Positions 1 through 12,400 of a stretch of DNA of 64,000 nt are shown here, one piece after another. The first letter of the stretch is position 1; every line of letters starts with the position of its first letter. Source of the stretch: Raillietiella orientalis (taxonomy: Eukaryota); NCBI GenBank assembly GCA_036172245.1, contig JAYWIR010000018.1:2480001-2544000 (forward strand). The letters run 5' to 3'. The translations under genes were made by a program, and so were the position numbers. The notes under the pieces were generated by a model. That model had not been told where the DNA came from. It did no database searches and saw nothing but the letters and a program-made list of their open reading frames with translations.

Positions 1-156
1 CCGAACTGAAGCAGTGTGAGCAGTAGAATGGACCACCAGCTCCGACAATCCGTACCCTCGGACCGGCCAGGTACCGACCCATCTTAAACGACGGCATCGT
101 CGTCCGGGCAACCGGCTGCCCGCATTCTTCGCCACTAGAGGAGGGAAGGCAGCCAT
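1..156 (-). CDS. Possible first coding exon of a downstream gene (MAAFPPLVAKNAGSRLPGRRCRRLRW...)
   Basis: ttttcaacATGGCTGCC is a good start context and the frame stays open to the window edge. No recognisable family. Confidence 0.2.
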   Translation of the reverse strand, partial: MAAFPPLVAKNAGSRLPGRRCRRLRWVGTWPVRGYGLSELVVHSTAHTASVR

Positions 157-483
157 GTTGAAAAACCACAAGTGTGAAGCATGAACGAATCCACAGAAAA
201 CGTGGACACAGCGGTGCACACTGCCACCTTTCCTATGGGAACTTCCGAAACACCTCGGTACGCGCGATCTTCCTCGCGTTGTATAAAAGAGACGAGCTCT
301 TAAGGCCTTTTTTGAAGCGCACTCCCGGTATACTCCGATTCAGAAATATCGAATGAGTTACTTGAGGAATGCAGCGTTGACTTCAATGGAGGAACGCTAA
401 TGGGAGCGAAGGACAACGCTGCCACGAGCCGTTTATCCTTGCAATCCCAGGGGAGCAAAGGGGAAGAACTTCGAGAGACGCAG

Positions 484-2010
484 TCAGAGGCACAGAGCTC
501 CGGAAAAGAGAGGGTTCGCTTTCCACAATCCTTCAGGATTAAGAGATTTTCTAATGCGAATTCCTGCTGGTTTGTGTTGCCTTGCTTCTCGTGGTGTACC
601 GGTTGAACGACTTGGCCAGCCTCCTGCCGATTTCCGACCCACAGCGCACCTTCGAGATCTTTGACATGGTCGTCTTCGGATCGAGGTTCTGTACGGTTCT
701 TCTTCTTCGCGTTTCACTTCAGCTGGGAGAACGCGGCGCCAATCTGCGGTTTTTAATCTCATAGAGTTTTCGCTTTATGGTCCTTCCGTTCGGTAGTGTT
801 TCCGTCCCGACTCTGCCATCTACTTGCACCTTCCCACGGCGCGTTCCAGGATCGGAGCAGTCTGGAGGAGCCAAAGTGATGACGTAAGGGGGAGCTGCAA
901 CGCGAAAACACACAAACGTTTTTCCGGCAGACTTTCGCTTCTTTCCTTGGTCTTACCGCGGAGGGGTTTAAAACGAGACGGTCTCTGATTTGGCGGTACG
1001 AAGGTGGACTGCTGTCACGGACAGCAGGAAGACTACAAAGCCGATCAGAGAGTGCGCTTATCAGTACCGATGAACATCCCTGGCATTCCCGAATAAAAAA
1101 AGGAGAAACAAGAATTAATTCGTTCTCTGAGGTCTTGAGATGTAAATGTGACTGAGATCTCATTGAACCAACAGTTAGATTGCTTCGTGAAAATCTGGAG
1201 TGAAGATTCGAGAAAGTTCCAGATTCCTCTCTGTCCGTGTTAATTGACGCGAACGCTCCATACAAACCCATCAGCCACCCGTGTTGCGCACCCTACCGTG
1301 CAACTCGGCAATAGCGTCCTAACACCGCCTAGGAGCTCCTGGAACTCAATCTGGAGCTAATGGGAATTGTACTTCGGGAAGTCACTGTAATGAATCTCGG
1401 GGTGACGAGAGTGGCGTCTCGATGGAAAGATTAATGGTAAGTCGCAGCCACGAATCCGGAATTCTCGTGAAACACGCTAAAGTATCGGCTCGGTGCTATC
1501 GCGGCGAGATTTCTTGCATGGAGGAATTCGTGCCGAAGTTAAGGGGCGCGATCGGCTGCTACTGCGGCAACCGTTCACCTTCGTTCCCTCCAACAGGAAC
1601 ACGACTTTCTCAAAAATCCGCTTAATCCTACGTGCTTTCTGAAGACACGAAGGCAGCTCATACGGAAAGTGCCTCCGATGGTTGCATGCAGCCGTCCCAT
1701 AGTGATAATCCCTCTCGAAAATCAGATCGAACTGTGCTGCACATCTGAACGGCTCTGTACCGTAAACGAACATGACTTGCGTAGAATCTTCTCTGAAGAC
1801 TACATTAACAAACATGCAACAGAAAAAAAAAAACGATTGGGATCGCGGGGAATTCTGTCTTTTACAATATGCAGAGCGCGTCCAGACTCCCAGCTTGATG
1901 TTCCAGATAGTTCCGCAATCGGGATCCTGCAATCTAGGGAGATTTTGTGGACATGATCTGGAGCGTCCAAAGAAGGCAAGAGAGAAGTCCCTCTCTGAAG
2001 AGAACATGAG
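484..2010 (-). other. Probable small exons of the PDE C-terminal tail (structure unresolved)
   Basis: Non-repetitive sequence with several minus-strand acceptors (near 1995, 1800, 862, 723), a gtaaga donor near 955 and Ser/Arg-rich open frames. No unique phase-consistent model could be fixed. Confidence 0.3.
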
Positions 2011-2369
2011 TTAGTGCTCTTTGCCACGGTCGGTGCTGGACCTCTTGCACCTACAAGATTCTGGAACCATTCGCGCTGGGAGGAAACCGCTGTTTCGCAG
2101 CAACCACAGAGGGTGGAGGGAAGTCTCTGGAGGGAAGGACAACAACAGGTGCGATCCTCAGGCTTCGTGGGGTTCCGTTTGACACTTCGAGCGAACTGCT
2201 GAGCGCCTCCGGCAAGCCGCGCATCGGTACGACGACCGTGTGACGAGAGCAGGGACCTTCCCCCAGGACTGGAGGAACCGTTCGTTCCAGAGCGACCGAA
2301 GGTCCCGGCCGGTCCCACGTGAGCCTGTAGAGTCCAGGACGCCGGATCAAGAGTTCGGAAAGGCTGCAG

Positions 2370-2800
2370 CGCCCTAGGTCCTCGAGCGCGAACCCGAACT
2401 GTGGCAGGTGCGGGGAGCACGAATCCGGCCCGCACCTGTTTGTGGATTGTGATGCCCTCCGGCCCCTCCGGGAACACCTTGCCGCGACCCTGGGAACCCC
2501 TGGAGGCAACTCCAGAGACGCTTTGAAACCCTTCCTCGTGTGCGACGCACTTCGGCCCACAGCCTCGCTGGCAGCTCTCTGCTGCCTACACGGGATCGTC
2601 TCTGCCTGGAGCGACGCAGGAGGAGGATACAGTGACAGAGGTGCCACATCCACTTTGCCGTCCGCTTCACGAGGATGACAACAAGATGGTGCCATATGGA
2701 AAACAGCATTCAGCAAGAGCTTGCTGGCATCCTCGAAAGGATGCTGAGGACCGCCCCAAGCAGGACGTGAATATTGAGCCTTTCTGGATTCATAGAGTGG
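2370..2800 (+). mobile_element. Decayed non-LTR retrotransposon (L1/Tx1-like) ORF2 C-terminal fragment
   Basis: CCHC zinc knuckle NCGRCGEHESGPHLFVDC, homologous to the copies at ~9300 and ~13690. Confidence 0.75.
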
Positions 2801-3343
2801 TCCCCCCGGTGTCACTTCCTAACTTGAGGAGTTCCACGCACTCTCAGGTGATGTAGACAGCGTTCAAGAGAACTTCGTGAGCCGCCAGGCGCATGGTTCT
2901 TCAAGAACGAATGGCCTGCCAGTCCACATGGTGTTGCAAGAAATCGATCCATTGACGAGTCTTTTTGCGTTCGAAAGGAGCCGATGCCCCCGGGGGATGC
3001 GCTTGTTCCGGGAGAGCCAGCAGCCTGCTCACCGTTCCGAACATCCCGTGTAATGTTCCAGAGGAAACGGTTCCCGGACGGATTTGCCTAGCCCGCCTTG
3101 CAGACCGCTTCCTGATTCCGTTTTCTGCACAGGGAGGCTTTCTGCTTCCCCCTTCCTCAAGCAGTGAAGAGCTCTGAGGACGCTGTTAGTAAAAAGACAG
3201 CCTGGACTTTACTCGATCTCGAAAGCGAGTTTCAATAGACCCGGCAATGGAACCGTGGCTGGCCATCGCCGGGGACACAGGGACCAACATCGCCTCCGTT
3301 TTTTTTTTTCCCCTGTCCCGAACCGACGCGCGCGCCCTCTTAC

Positions 3344-3491
3344 CGATTTCTTGGATCGCACCGACGATGGTGTCGTTGTTTATCCACGTGAGGCCGAGAC
3401 GGACCTGTTCGCCCACTTCCTTCCACTTTTCCAGGTTGGCACAGCAGCCATCGTAGAGAGGCTGCATCCAAGGAAACGCGTCTGCTAGAGC
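3344..3491 (-). CDS. Pde6: Pde6-like exon, end of catalytic domain ([49 protein letters not shown])
   Basis: Acceptor ctcttctttcag, donor G|gtaaga. FPW..PLY.G...N...W and GLTWI..DTI motifs. Alternatively the ORF reads on to a stop at 3186. Confidence 0.93.
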
Positions 3492-6400
3492 CTGAAAGAA
3501 GAGGCACGTCCTGTTGTCAGGGTTTCGCCTGCGCTCCAATCATCGTTCGCCTGCGAGCTGCAGATTGGCACACAGTTCAAGAGGGTCCGGCATGCAGGGA
3601 TGTGGGCGCCTCTGAGCATCCCCCGAAATGCGACCTTTCACATCCAGGAACCCTGTGGAGTCAGGAAGGAAAGCTCTGGCCGAATCGTTTCTCGCCGTTC
3701 CCGGACCCACTGAAGGAACCGGGAGGAAGGGGGAGGAGGGGGAGGGTGATCCTGGGCATTTTCTTTCGCCTTCCGTCTTGGCGGAGGGGGACCGCCCTCC
3801 TCCCCCCTCGCAGACATCCTCGGGGAGCATCCGAAAGATGCGGCGAAGCGTCCACCGTTTACCTGCCGTCCGGGATCGCGAGCGCGTCCTTAACCAGTCA
3901 TCCCTGTTTCGCGGCCTTTCCTTCCCCTCCGGAAAGCAAACGTCTTCCCTCCCGTATCGGGAGCGTATCGGCCGGGTGTAACGGGAGACTTCCGACCGGA
4001 AGTGAGCGTAGCGTCGTCGTCCGCGGAGCTCTCGCGGGAGGGGACGCCTGTGAGTGTCCCGTCTCCAGGAAACGCTCGGCGGGCGCTCTCGTGTGGGACG
4101 ACGGCAACGACCTCTTTCACCCTTCTTACCTTGTACAGGGGGGCGCAGACGCGCTCGATGAATTCCACCTGCATCATCGGCAGTTCGTCTTTGTGCTGGC
4201 GGTTCATGATGGCCTGCAACGATCAGCAGTCCTTTGAATTGGACCTCAGCAACAAATGGCAGGCAAATACTTGAAGGCCTATGTTTTTTTTTTTTACATG
4301 AATGTACACAAGATCGCAATGTACTCTGATACTCAGCGGAAAGTAAAGCTGGAATCAAAGAAGAGGTCACAGACTATGGGTTCCACGTTGAACTTCTGCT
4401 TCTCCTTGTCTCCTTGCTCGAAGAACTCGTCCGCCACCAGCTGGGAAGTCTTCTTGTGGGTCAGCCACGGTTTCGTGATCCCTGCGAGGTCGCAGGCCGT
4501 CATGAGCATTCCGCACAGAACTGAAATGGACAAGTTGCGATTGGAAGGTGGCCTCCGGGATGAGGCGATGAGGAGGCAGCTCTGCGGACGCTCCTCCAGG
4601 AGCGGGGAATCGGTTGGGGGAAGAGGAAGGAGCTAGGATCATGGATCGGAAATGACTGGAACACCGGTCGGGACTCTCGAGGGCTTTTCTCGGGAATGAG
4701 ATCGAATTTTCCGCGAAGAGTCAGAAACCTAGGGTAGAAGAATTGACCAGAGCATCGCGTGATCGGCGTGCCAGCTCCTCCTCCTTCTCCTCTTTTCCCA
4801 CCCCCTTTCCTCCATACAGGCTAAGCAGCGGCCTGGACTAGCGGCTTCCGGTGCCCACTATCGTTAGCAAAGTGGCTGGTCCGCGACGGGTTCTCAGGAG
4901 TGGGAGGGAGTTGCATAAGGAAGCACTGACCGGGGTGTTCACGTTCGCAGTTCGAACCGCCAGCCTTCTGCACCGCACAGGAGATCCCTGGATGTTCCCG
5001 ATCTCCTGGTTGAGTTTCGGCGCTCTACGGGTCGAAGGCTGGTTGTCTTCTTCTGAGCGACGCCTCACGTTTAGCTTTGTGGTCCGGAGAGTGACCGACC
5101 CAGTTGGTGAATTCCAGCCTGGCTGCTTGCATGCCGGACGACACCGTCATCTTGCTGAGGTGGTCCGCGGACTTTCTGGAGATTTCCAGCTTGCTGCAGA
5201 GCATCGTAATTCTTGTGATCTTAGGATCCCAAGAACTACGATGCTACACGCGAAGCAGAGGTTCTATTTGTTAAGTGAGTGAGTGGAATGAAGGGGTCAG
5301 GACCTTTGACTGTCCCAAAAGTTCTGACCCCGTCCGGCGTCCAGCGTCCGGCGTCCAGCACAACCAAGACATACACACATCCACTGGCTGTACCAGGCAG
5401 GCTACCGTCTAAAGGACCGAGAGCATTGGTTGGGATGGGGAAGAAGACGTGCCCCTTTGGTCCCGTACAACGCCGATACTCAAACGGACGAGGCAGTGGA
5501 AATCCCCTGGTGCCGAAAAAAAAAAAAAGAGAGAGGCACTAAACACTGGGATGAACGCCTGTAGCTGAGTTTTGCATTGCGTCATGGAAGACTTATACAC
5601 TGTTGCCCGTTCTTGTTGTATTGCCGCATGCCTGATGATAGATGTTCCAAAGTTCTATGGGAAAACCCGTGTCGGCGACCGTGCGGCTGTGGTCCCCGCG
5701 TGTGGCGCCGGACATTGCGGGTTCGAATCCCACCGGGGGAAGGATCGATGCCAGAGAAATGGGTAAATCGCGGGTTTTCGAGTCCTCTCGCTCTGCTGGG
5801 TTCGATCCTGCGCTTCGCGTCCTTTCGATGCCCCTCCTCTTGCTGGGCCTCGAATCTCCCCGACGTGCTCGGGGCATCAGCTCGCGATCTGCGGAAAATT
5901 CACCAAGAGGAAAATTTTGGAACGGGAGGACGACAAGGGGTAGGGATGAGCCGAAGAGATGGAGTGGCGCATCCGAGCAGAGGGCGGCTCGCGGATCCGC
6001 CGCGCTTCCCGGACCACAGAGTCAACTGCCATCCGTCCGAACAAGGGAGTGAAGTATGGCAGGCGCGTCCACATTCACGCTTGTGCACGTCCCCGCGCCA
6101 GGTCCCGCGTGCAGCAAGCTCGGTCTTCAGAGGCTCGGAAAGGGAAACCCCTCGGGCAGAGGTCAGGGTGGAGAGACGGCATCGTCCGAGGAATTCTCGC
6201 GTTCCACGTCAAAGGGAGGGGGCGAAGGAAGGCCGGAACCAACCGCCGTGCCTCGAAGAAGATTTGAAGCTGTCGCGGGACACTTCGAATGCAGCAGAAG
6301 CTGAGCACTCCGAGCTTAGGTGGGAGGGAGGGGAGAGCAAGGACAACCATCCGTTCACCCGGAATGACGGCTTTCGAGAAGCACCGACAACTCCTCGGAA

Positions 6401-9400
6401 CTTGCAAGTTCCGAATGTCCTGCTGCTTTTAGGACGACGCTGGGAGGATGGGAGCCGAGAAGGAAGCCACGCAAGGCGGGAACCTCCGACCGCGGGCCTT
6501 CTTCCTCACGCGAGCTATCCGAGAGCGACGCCAGGTAGCAGCGCGTCCCAGTCGGCTCTCCTCGAGCTGCGCCGCGAGTCATCCGCCTCTACGGTTGAGG
6601 CGCCGCGCCGCGCCTCGAGTGCCTCTGAGTCCTGAAGAGTGAAACGGCACGGTCAAGTCGAAGTGGTTGACTGTCGCCCGTAGAGCGCCTCAACAAGAAA
6701 CCTGGACGGTCCAGGGGAGTGTGCCTGGCGTCGAGAGCGACTGCGCGCTGCTTGTCAAGGAGCCGCAGGCGCACCTGACTTGCAAGACGGGGATTGCTCG
6801 CAGCCCCCCACCGAAGAAGGGGTGCCTCAGCAGGACGGCGACTGATGAAGAACGTCAGGATTCGCCGATCCCTCCCGGAGAACATACCGGGCACCCTTTC
6901 CAGCTGGTCACTCGGAATGTTGGCTTCTGGCGAGATCTCGAGGCAAGAGGCTGTTTGGGCTCGACGCCCTTTCGGATCCTTGCCTAAGGGGTTACTCCAA
7001 GGCGAGCGTCAAGGAAAGGAAGAAGCGCAGAGTGGGCGACATGGCAGGGAGGGAAAGGAGACCAGCCGGGACCGCCGTTTCGCGAGGGACTCTCCAGGGA
7101 AGCACGGAAAGTTCTTTGCTGGCAGGAAGCTCTCTACGAGGACGGATGGGACGTCAAAGGGGCGCGGTTGAGGGGGTGGCTGGCTGGTCAGTGGACGCGC
7201 GTGCACCGCCGCGAATCGACCCTCCGCCCAGCCCGTTCTTGCTCTTGGTAACAGGTAGTTCTCGCTGCGACGCCCCACACTCTCGGGGGAGAACTCCAGG
7301 GCGCGGTGTGGCTTGCACCTTGTCACCCTGGGGGATGTTCTAGCCAGCGTGTCATTTGAGACGCCCTCGGGCCACGAGGCATTCGCCACAGGGGGTGCCA
7401 CTGTAGCAGGATAAGGGGGCGTGCAGTTCTTGGCGGTGGGAGAGACGCGAACCGCCGCAGCAGTGCGAGCGGCAAGGAAGCGGCGCGGAGGGGACGGGAA
7501 CGATAAAGACGAGGAAAACCAAAGTGCGTGGCTTGAGGAGGAGCGAGGGGCGGTGTTTGCCTGAGAGAGCCAGTCAAGGGTCGCGCGCTGCAAAGATGGC
7601 GGGCTCGATCGCCTTTGCAGCGCGCACGCGTCCTCCTGCCCGGGAGACGCTGCGAAAGAGAGGGAAGACCAAGGGAAGAGCAGCCCGGTGTTCCACCCAG
7701 CCACTGCTCCCTCCTCTCCGCGGCCTGAATCCCTTAGAGTTGCCCGGGTCACGAGGTCGGACCGTGGTGGCGCTCTCTCAGAGGGCGAAGCACCGTTGCG
7801 CGTCGAAAGCGCGTTGCATCTCGGGCGCATCCGCTTCTTCAAAGACACGGATGGCCACCTCGAAGAAAGGGCGAGGCGAGCGCACTCGAGGGCTCGTCGG
7901 CTGCTGCTCTCGAGCTTCCTTCGAGGGGAACCCTGCAGACCTGCAGGTCAAGTCGGGAGATGTGCCGGGAGACTGGCTGTTGGGGGTGCGGGCGAGCAAG
8001 GGAGTGGCAAGGCGGCGAAAGAGAAGGTGACCTTTGCGGACTCTCTGGGCCGTTCGTAGAACTGCCTGCCGCCACCCACGCGTCAGGAAACAGTTTGCCG
8101 AAGAAAGGCTCCGCGAACCGACCTTGGTGCCTCCGGCTGACACGGCCGCCCACGCAGGGCAGGGGACACAGCAAGGATCTTTTGGTGACGTCGGAGGGAG
8201 GCTGAAAGAGAAAGATGTGCGCGCCGGTCGGAAGGCCCTGTGGAACGAGCTCTCGGTTACCGCGTGCGCTTCTGGTAGAGGACAGTGCTGTGGACGGGGG
8301 GGAGAGGGTGGGAACAGCTCCCCGCGACACAACGGAGCGAGCGGCAAGGTAGCCGTGCTCAGCAGCTCCCATTCCTTCCGACACCGCCGCTTCCCGTGTG
8401 CCCGTCGACCAGAATCCAATTCGACCCTGGTGGCGATCTGGTAGCGGCAAGGAAAGGAGGGGGGGGGACTGAGGAGGTGCCCACCCCTGGCGGCGTCTTC
8501 CTAATACACTCTCGTCCTCTCCTTCTCAGGAGAAAGGAAAAAAAAAAAAAGAGGAGATGGAAGAGGACAAGAAATCTCCAGGCACTCAGTCCCACTGCGA
8601 GATTCCCTCCGTCACTTGTTCATGTTTCATGTTAAGAGTACTTCGCAGAGCACGGTGCTCTTCAAAGATCCTCGTGGATCTGCCGACCACGAGCTTGTGT
8701 ACTTGGGTTTCGGGTACTTTTTTTTTCGGGTTTCTTTTTGTTTTTTGGTTCTCCACATGCTTAAAAACCGCTCGCCTCCTTAGGGAGGGCCCACAAAGCT
8801 CTTTCGCGCTGACCACGTTACCCGAGGGTGCGCGTGACACGTCAAGTTAGGAGGGAGCCCCGAAGAGAATCACCTCTTCCTTATTCTCTCCGGAGGGACT
8901 ATTCGGAGGGATCACTCTGATTTCTTCTCCAGGAGGAACCTGGAAAGGATCCGTTCCCGGAATTTCTTCTCGGGGAGACCCCTAGCATGGGAACCGCTCT
9001 CTGTTTCCTCCTCTGGACAGAACCCCGAAGGGACGCTTCCCGATTTCTCTGGAGGGCCGTTTCCCGAAGGGAGCAGAGCTCTTCTTCGCACTCTGAGGAG
9101 GTATCAACCAACTCAACAGTATGCTATGGAAAGCCCTCTCTTAGGGGGGGTATATGACTCTTTTTTTCACAACCAGAGGGAAACCCAAGGGACTCCTTGA
9201 ATCATGGAAGGGCCCCGGAGGGCCATTTCCAATCCAGAATACTCAATGAAGGCACCCGGGGGTTTCTGTCTTCCACCAGTGCCATCACTGAACACGAGTG
9301 TGCGTGAGTACAAACTGTGTTAGGTGGTGCGGGGAGCAGGAATCACTCTCGCACCTCCTAGTGGACTGTGTTGCCCTCCGGCCCCTTTGGGAATGCTTTG

Positions 9401-12400
9401 CCGTGACCCTTGGAGCACCCGACGGCAGTCCCAGAGACGTTCTGAAGCTCCTCTTCCTTCGCGACGCCCTCATGCCGGTCGCATCCCTAGCAACGAGACC
9501 GTGGCTGCATGGAGCAACTCCAGAACGACAGGGAAGCCATTTGTTTTGCTATCCTCTTTATGAGGACAGAGTCAAGATGGTCCCATCTGAAAGTCTTGAA
9601 ACAGAAACTTGCCGGCATGCCTACAACGATGCAGAGGACGCCCTCCTGCACACAGTGATCCCTTCCCGAAGCCCCCACTTTTTTGACTGTATGCTTTTGA
9701 TTCTATTTTTTTCTTTTTGTTTGTGTCCCCTTCCCCTGTGCTGCCGAGGCAACCCCGCCCCCACTGACCTGCATGCCAGTTCCTGGCAGGTTCCCTCTTG
9801 TGGTTATAAGTAACGTGGCAGGATCAAACGTTCTGCCACGTCGGGCCTTTATAAATAAAGGCCCGACGTGGCCGAGTGTTAACCAGTGTCGCCCCGAAGC
9901 CATCTTGCGCGCCAGCCAGAGTCATCTTGCGGGGAACACCAAATCCACGACACACCTCCTGTTCTCGGCGTCGCTGCGTCTCCCCAAGCGGGATTCGAAC
10001 CCACGTATAGTGCCATCCGTGGAGACCGCAGCCGCACTGTCGCCAACGCGGTCATTTTGGAAACACTCTTGCACCGTTAGAAATTCGAGCGCCATCGGTG
10101 CAAAGCTGTTGCAGCGCTGAAATCTTCCGGTGGGAAGACGTGCCAATTCCGAAATTCTTTCATTCGTCAGCCTTGCACTCTGTATCCTTCCGGAGCAAGA
10201 GGGAATCCCAAGAAATTTCGGGAAGAGCACGTGAGGAAGGGAATCTTCCGCACCCATCCACCATGCCGCCATGCATGTCAACCCTGCGAAGCCACCCAAC
10301 CGAGGAGACGCCATCGGATATGCCTCGCGTCGGACGTACCGGAACGTGGGGGACATTTCCGAGGATGGGAGGTGCATCCGTGCTGCACGGTTCTCGGGGC
10401 CTCCTACCGGGAGCCCGAGGAGCGGGGTAGGTCGCCCCTGCAGAGCCGGAGAAGCAGGGAGGTCCGGAGAAGAGTAGCGACGTGGCACGCTCGACAGCGA
10501 TGAGGTGGCGGGTGAGCCGCGACCGCCGACGAGCTGCCGGCTCCGAGAAAGGTGGTCACCTCGAAAAACGCTGCACAGCGGGCACGCCATCCCGGGAGCT
10601 GACGGAGTCCTCCTGGATGGCGTGTTGAGCGACGGCTGCGAAAGGGTCAGGGCGGCAGAAGGAGGGCGCGCGCCGGGCGGGTGCACGGTCGCCAAGAGGG
10701 AGGCGCTTCCGGCAGTCCGAGCGGCCGCAGCCGAGTCTCCGGGGGCGGCGAAAATCGCCGGGAAGCAGGCGTGGTCGATGTCGGGGGACGAGGCGACACG
10801 CTCGCAATGCTCCCGCTGCAACGGAAGAACGTTCGGAAATCTCCGGAAGACTTGAGGGAAAGAAGCAGGTGCGAAAAGCAAACAAAGAATTAAGAACAGC
10901 AACAGAAACTTCCCCTTCCTTCTTGGCGTTCTTCTGTGCACCACGAATTCGCTTCATAAGAACGCCCAATGGCGGAAAGGAAACGGAGCCGCACCCTCAG
11001 TTGCAGGCAATAGGTAAACTGCGCTTACTTTCCTTCTTGTGGACCTCCTGCCAATCGAACTCTCCGCTCTCTACGATGTTGAGGAACTCCATTTCTTTCT
11101 TGTAAAACATGGCTATGTCTGTAGACAGAATGGCGTTCTCTATCAGCTTCAGAACGTGTTTGTAGTCTTCCGTTGACAAAGCCTGAGGAAGACAACAGGA
11201 AGATGAATTTCATGGAGAGACGGTGGTCAAGGAATTTCCGTTTCGCCACGGCGGCCCGGCAGAGGGCGTAGCAACGTCGCGTATTGATTTCCAGGCTCGA
11301 AAGCTCCCGATTAATCACCCATGGTAACGGTGCCGCCTGGACCCGTGCATGCCGCGGATCGAAACCGCCTCCCTCAGGCTGGACCGGGCAATTCCGAAAG
11401 CCACGCTGATTTGCTCGTTTTCGTCCTCCGGAGATTTTCGTTCGGACTGTCCCGCTTCCCAAGCTCTCCTGTCCTGCGCTTACTTTTTGTCGAGCCCTGA
11501 GACCAGGCAGACGTTCCCAGAGCGTGTCCCGAAACCGAGCGGATTCCGTCCAGAGGCAAGTGGCCGCAATCAAAACGCGAGGAAGTCCAGAGAGGTTCGG
11601 CCGCCAGACGAAAATCCTTGTTCCGCTCTCATCGAAAGAAAATCCTCACAGAAAGGCGATTTTCGTGAGAGAAATTCTGACGCGCTGATGACGCCAGGCA
11701 ACAATGCCTTTGGCGATGCAGCTCGTGCATCAGGAATACCAGATGCCGTGAGAACCACTTACGGAGGGGATGAAATACGATTAGTAAGTAATGAGAAAAA
11801 TCGCTTTCAGCTTCCGGAGATTCCCGTACAACGGCAATCTCTAATACTCCTTTCAAAGTATGCCTTCTTATAGCCTATACGTCACGTCCAAGGACATCAA
11901 GATTCGATATATAACAATAACATGTATAAAAGTGTTCTTTAAATACATCAGTCAGAAGATGCAAGGCTGGAAGATTGGAGCATGCACGTTCCGTCTTCGT
12001 TTACGAAGACATCACCACAATCATTACATTAACATTGTCATACGGACATTTTTGATTCCATGAGTGTAGTCATTGTACGCACACGTATATTTGTGCTCCA
12101 GGACGAAAATGGAGTTATAAATTAGCAGCGAATTTTTACGTCTAGGTGAACATAAGATGCAAAGAAAATGACAGATGTGAACTCTGATACTCTCTGCATT
12201 CCTTTGTACCGTACGCTCCCCTTCCAAAAGAAAACAAGTGCACCAATCGTGCTTGGACAAGTTTCAAATTTTTTTACACTCCGCATACAAGCTCGAGGAT
12301 TGGCAAGTGAAGTCCGAACGCATACCGGATAATAAAGTTCAGTCAACAGGAAATGCTAACTGCAAATGGATTTTTCTTAGCTTTAGGAAGCACAGCTTCC

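Noticed and set aside
282..289. TATAAAAG TATA box on the + strand
   Set aside because: No supporting + strand exon or ORF follows.
550..862. Stop-codon readthrough at TGA 719-721 (frame continues SETRRRRTVQNLD...)
   Set aside because: The context UGA-A is not a favoured readthrough context, and unresolved splicing explains it equally well.
5690..5745. tRNA gene at GGGTTCGAATCCC (similar words near 21410, 22030, 32100 and 55125)
   Set aside because: I could not fold a cloverleaf. The motif is the head of the SINE family or an isolated B-box remnant.
9811..9882. piggyBac right end (palindrome followed by ..agtgTTAA)
   Set aside because: It is better explained as the 3' end of the LINE insert (AATAAA, ACCAGTG duplication). 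No partner end was found.
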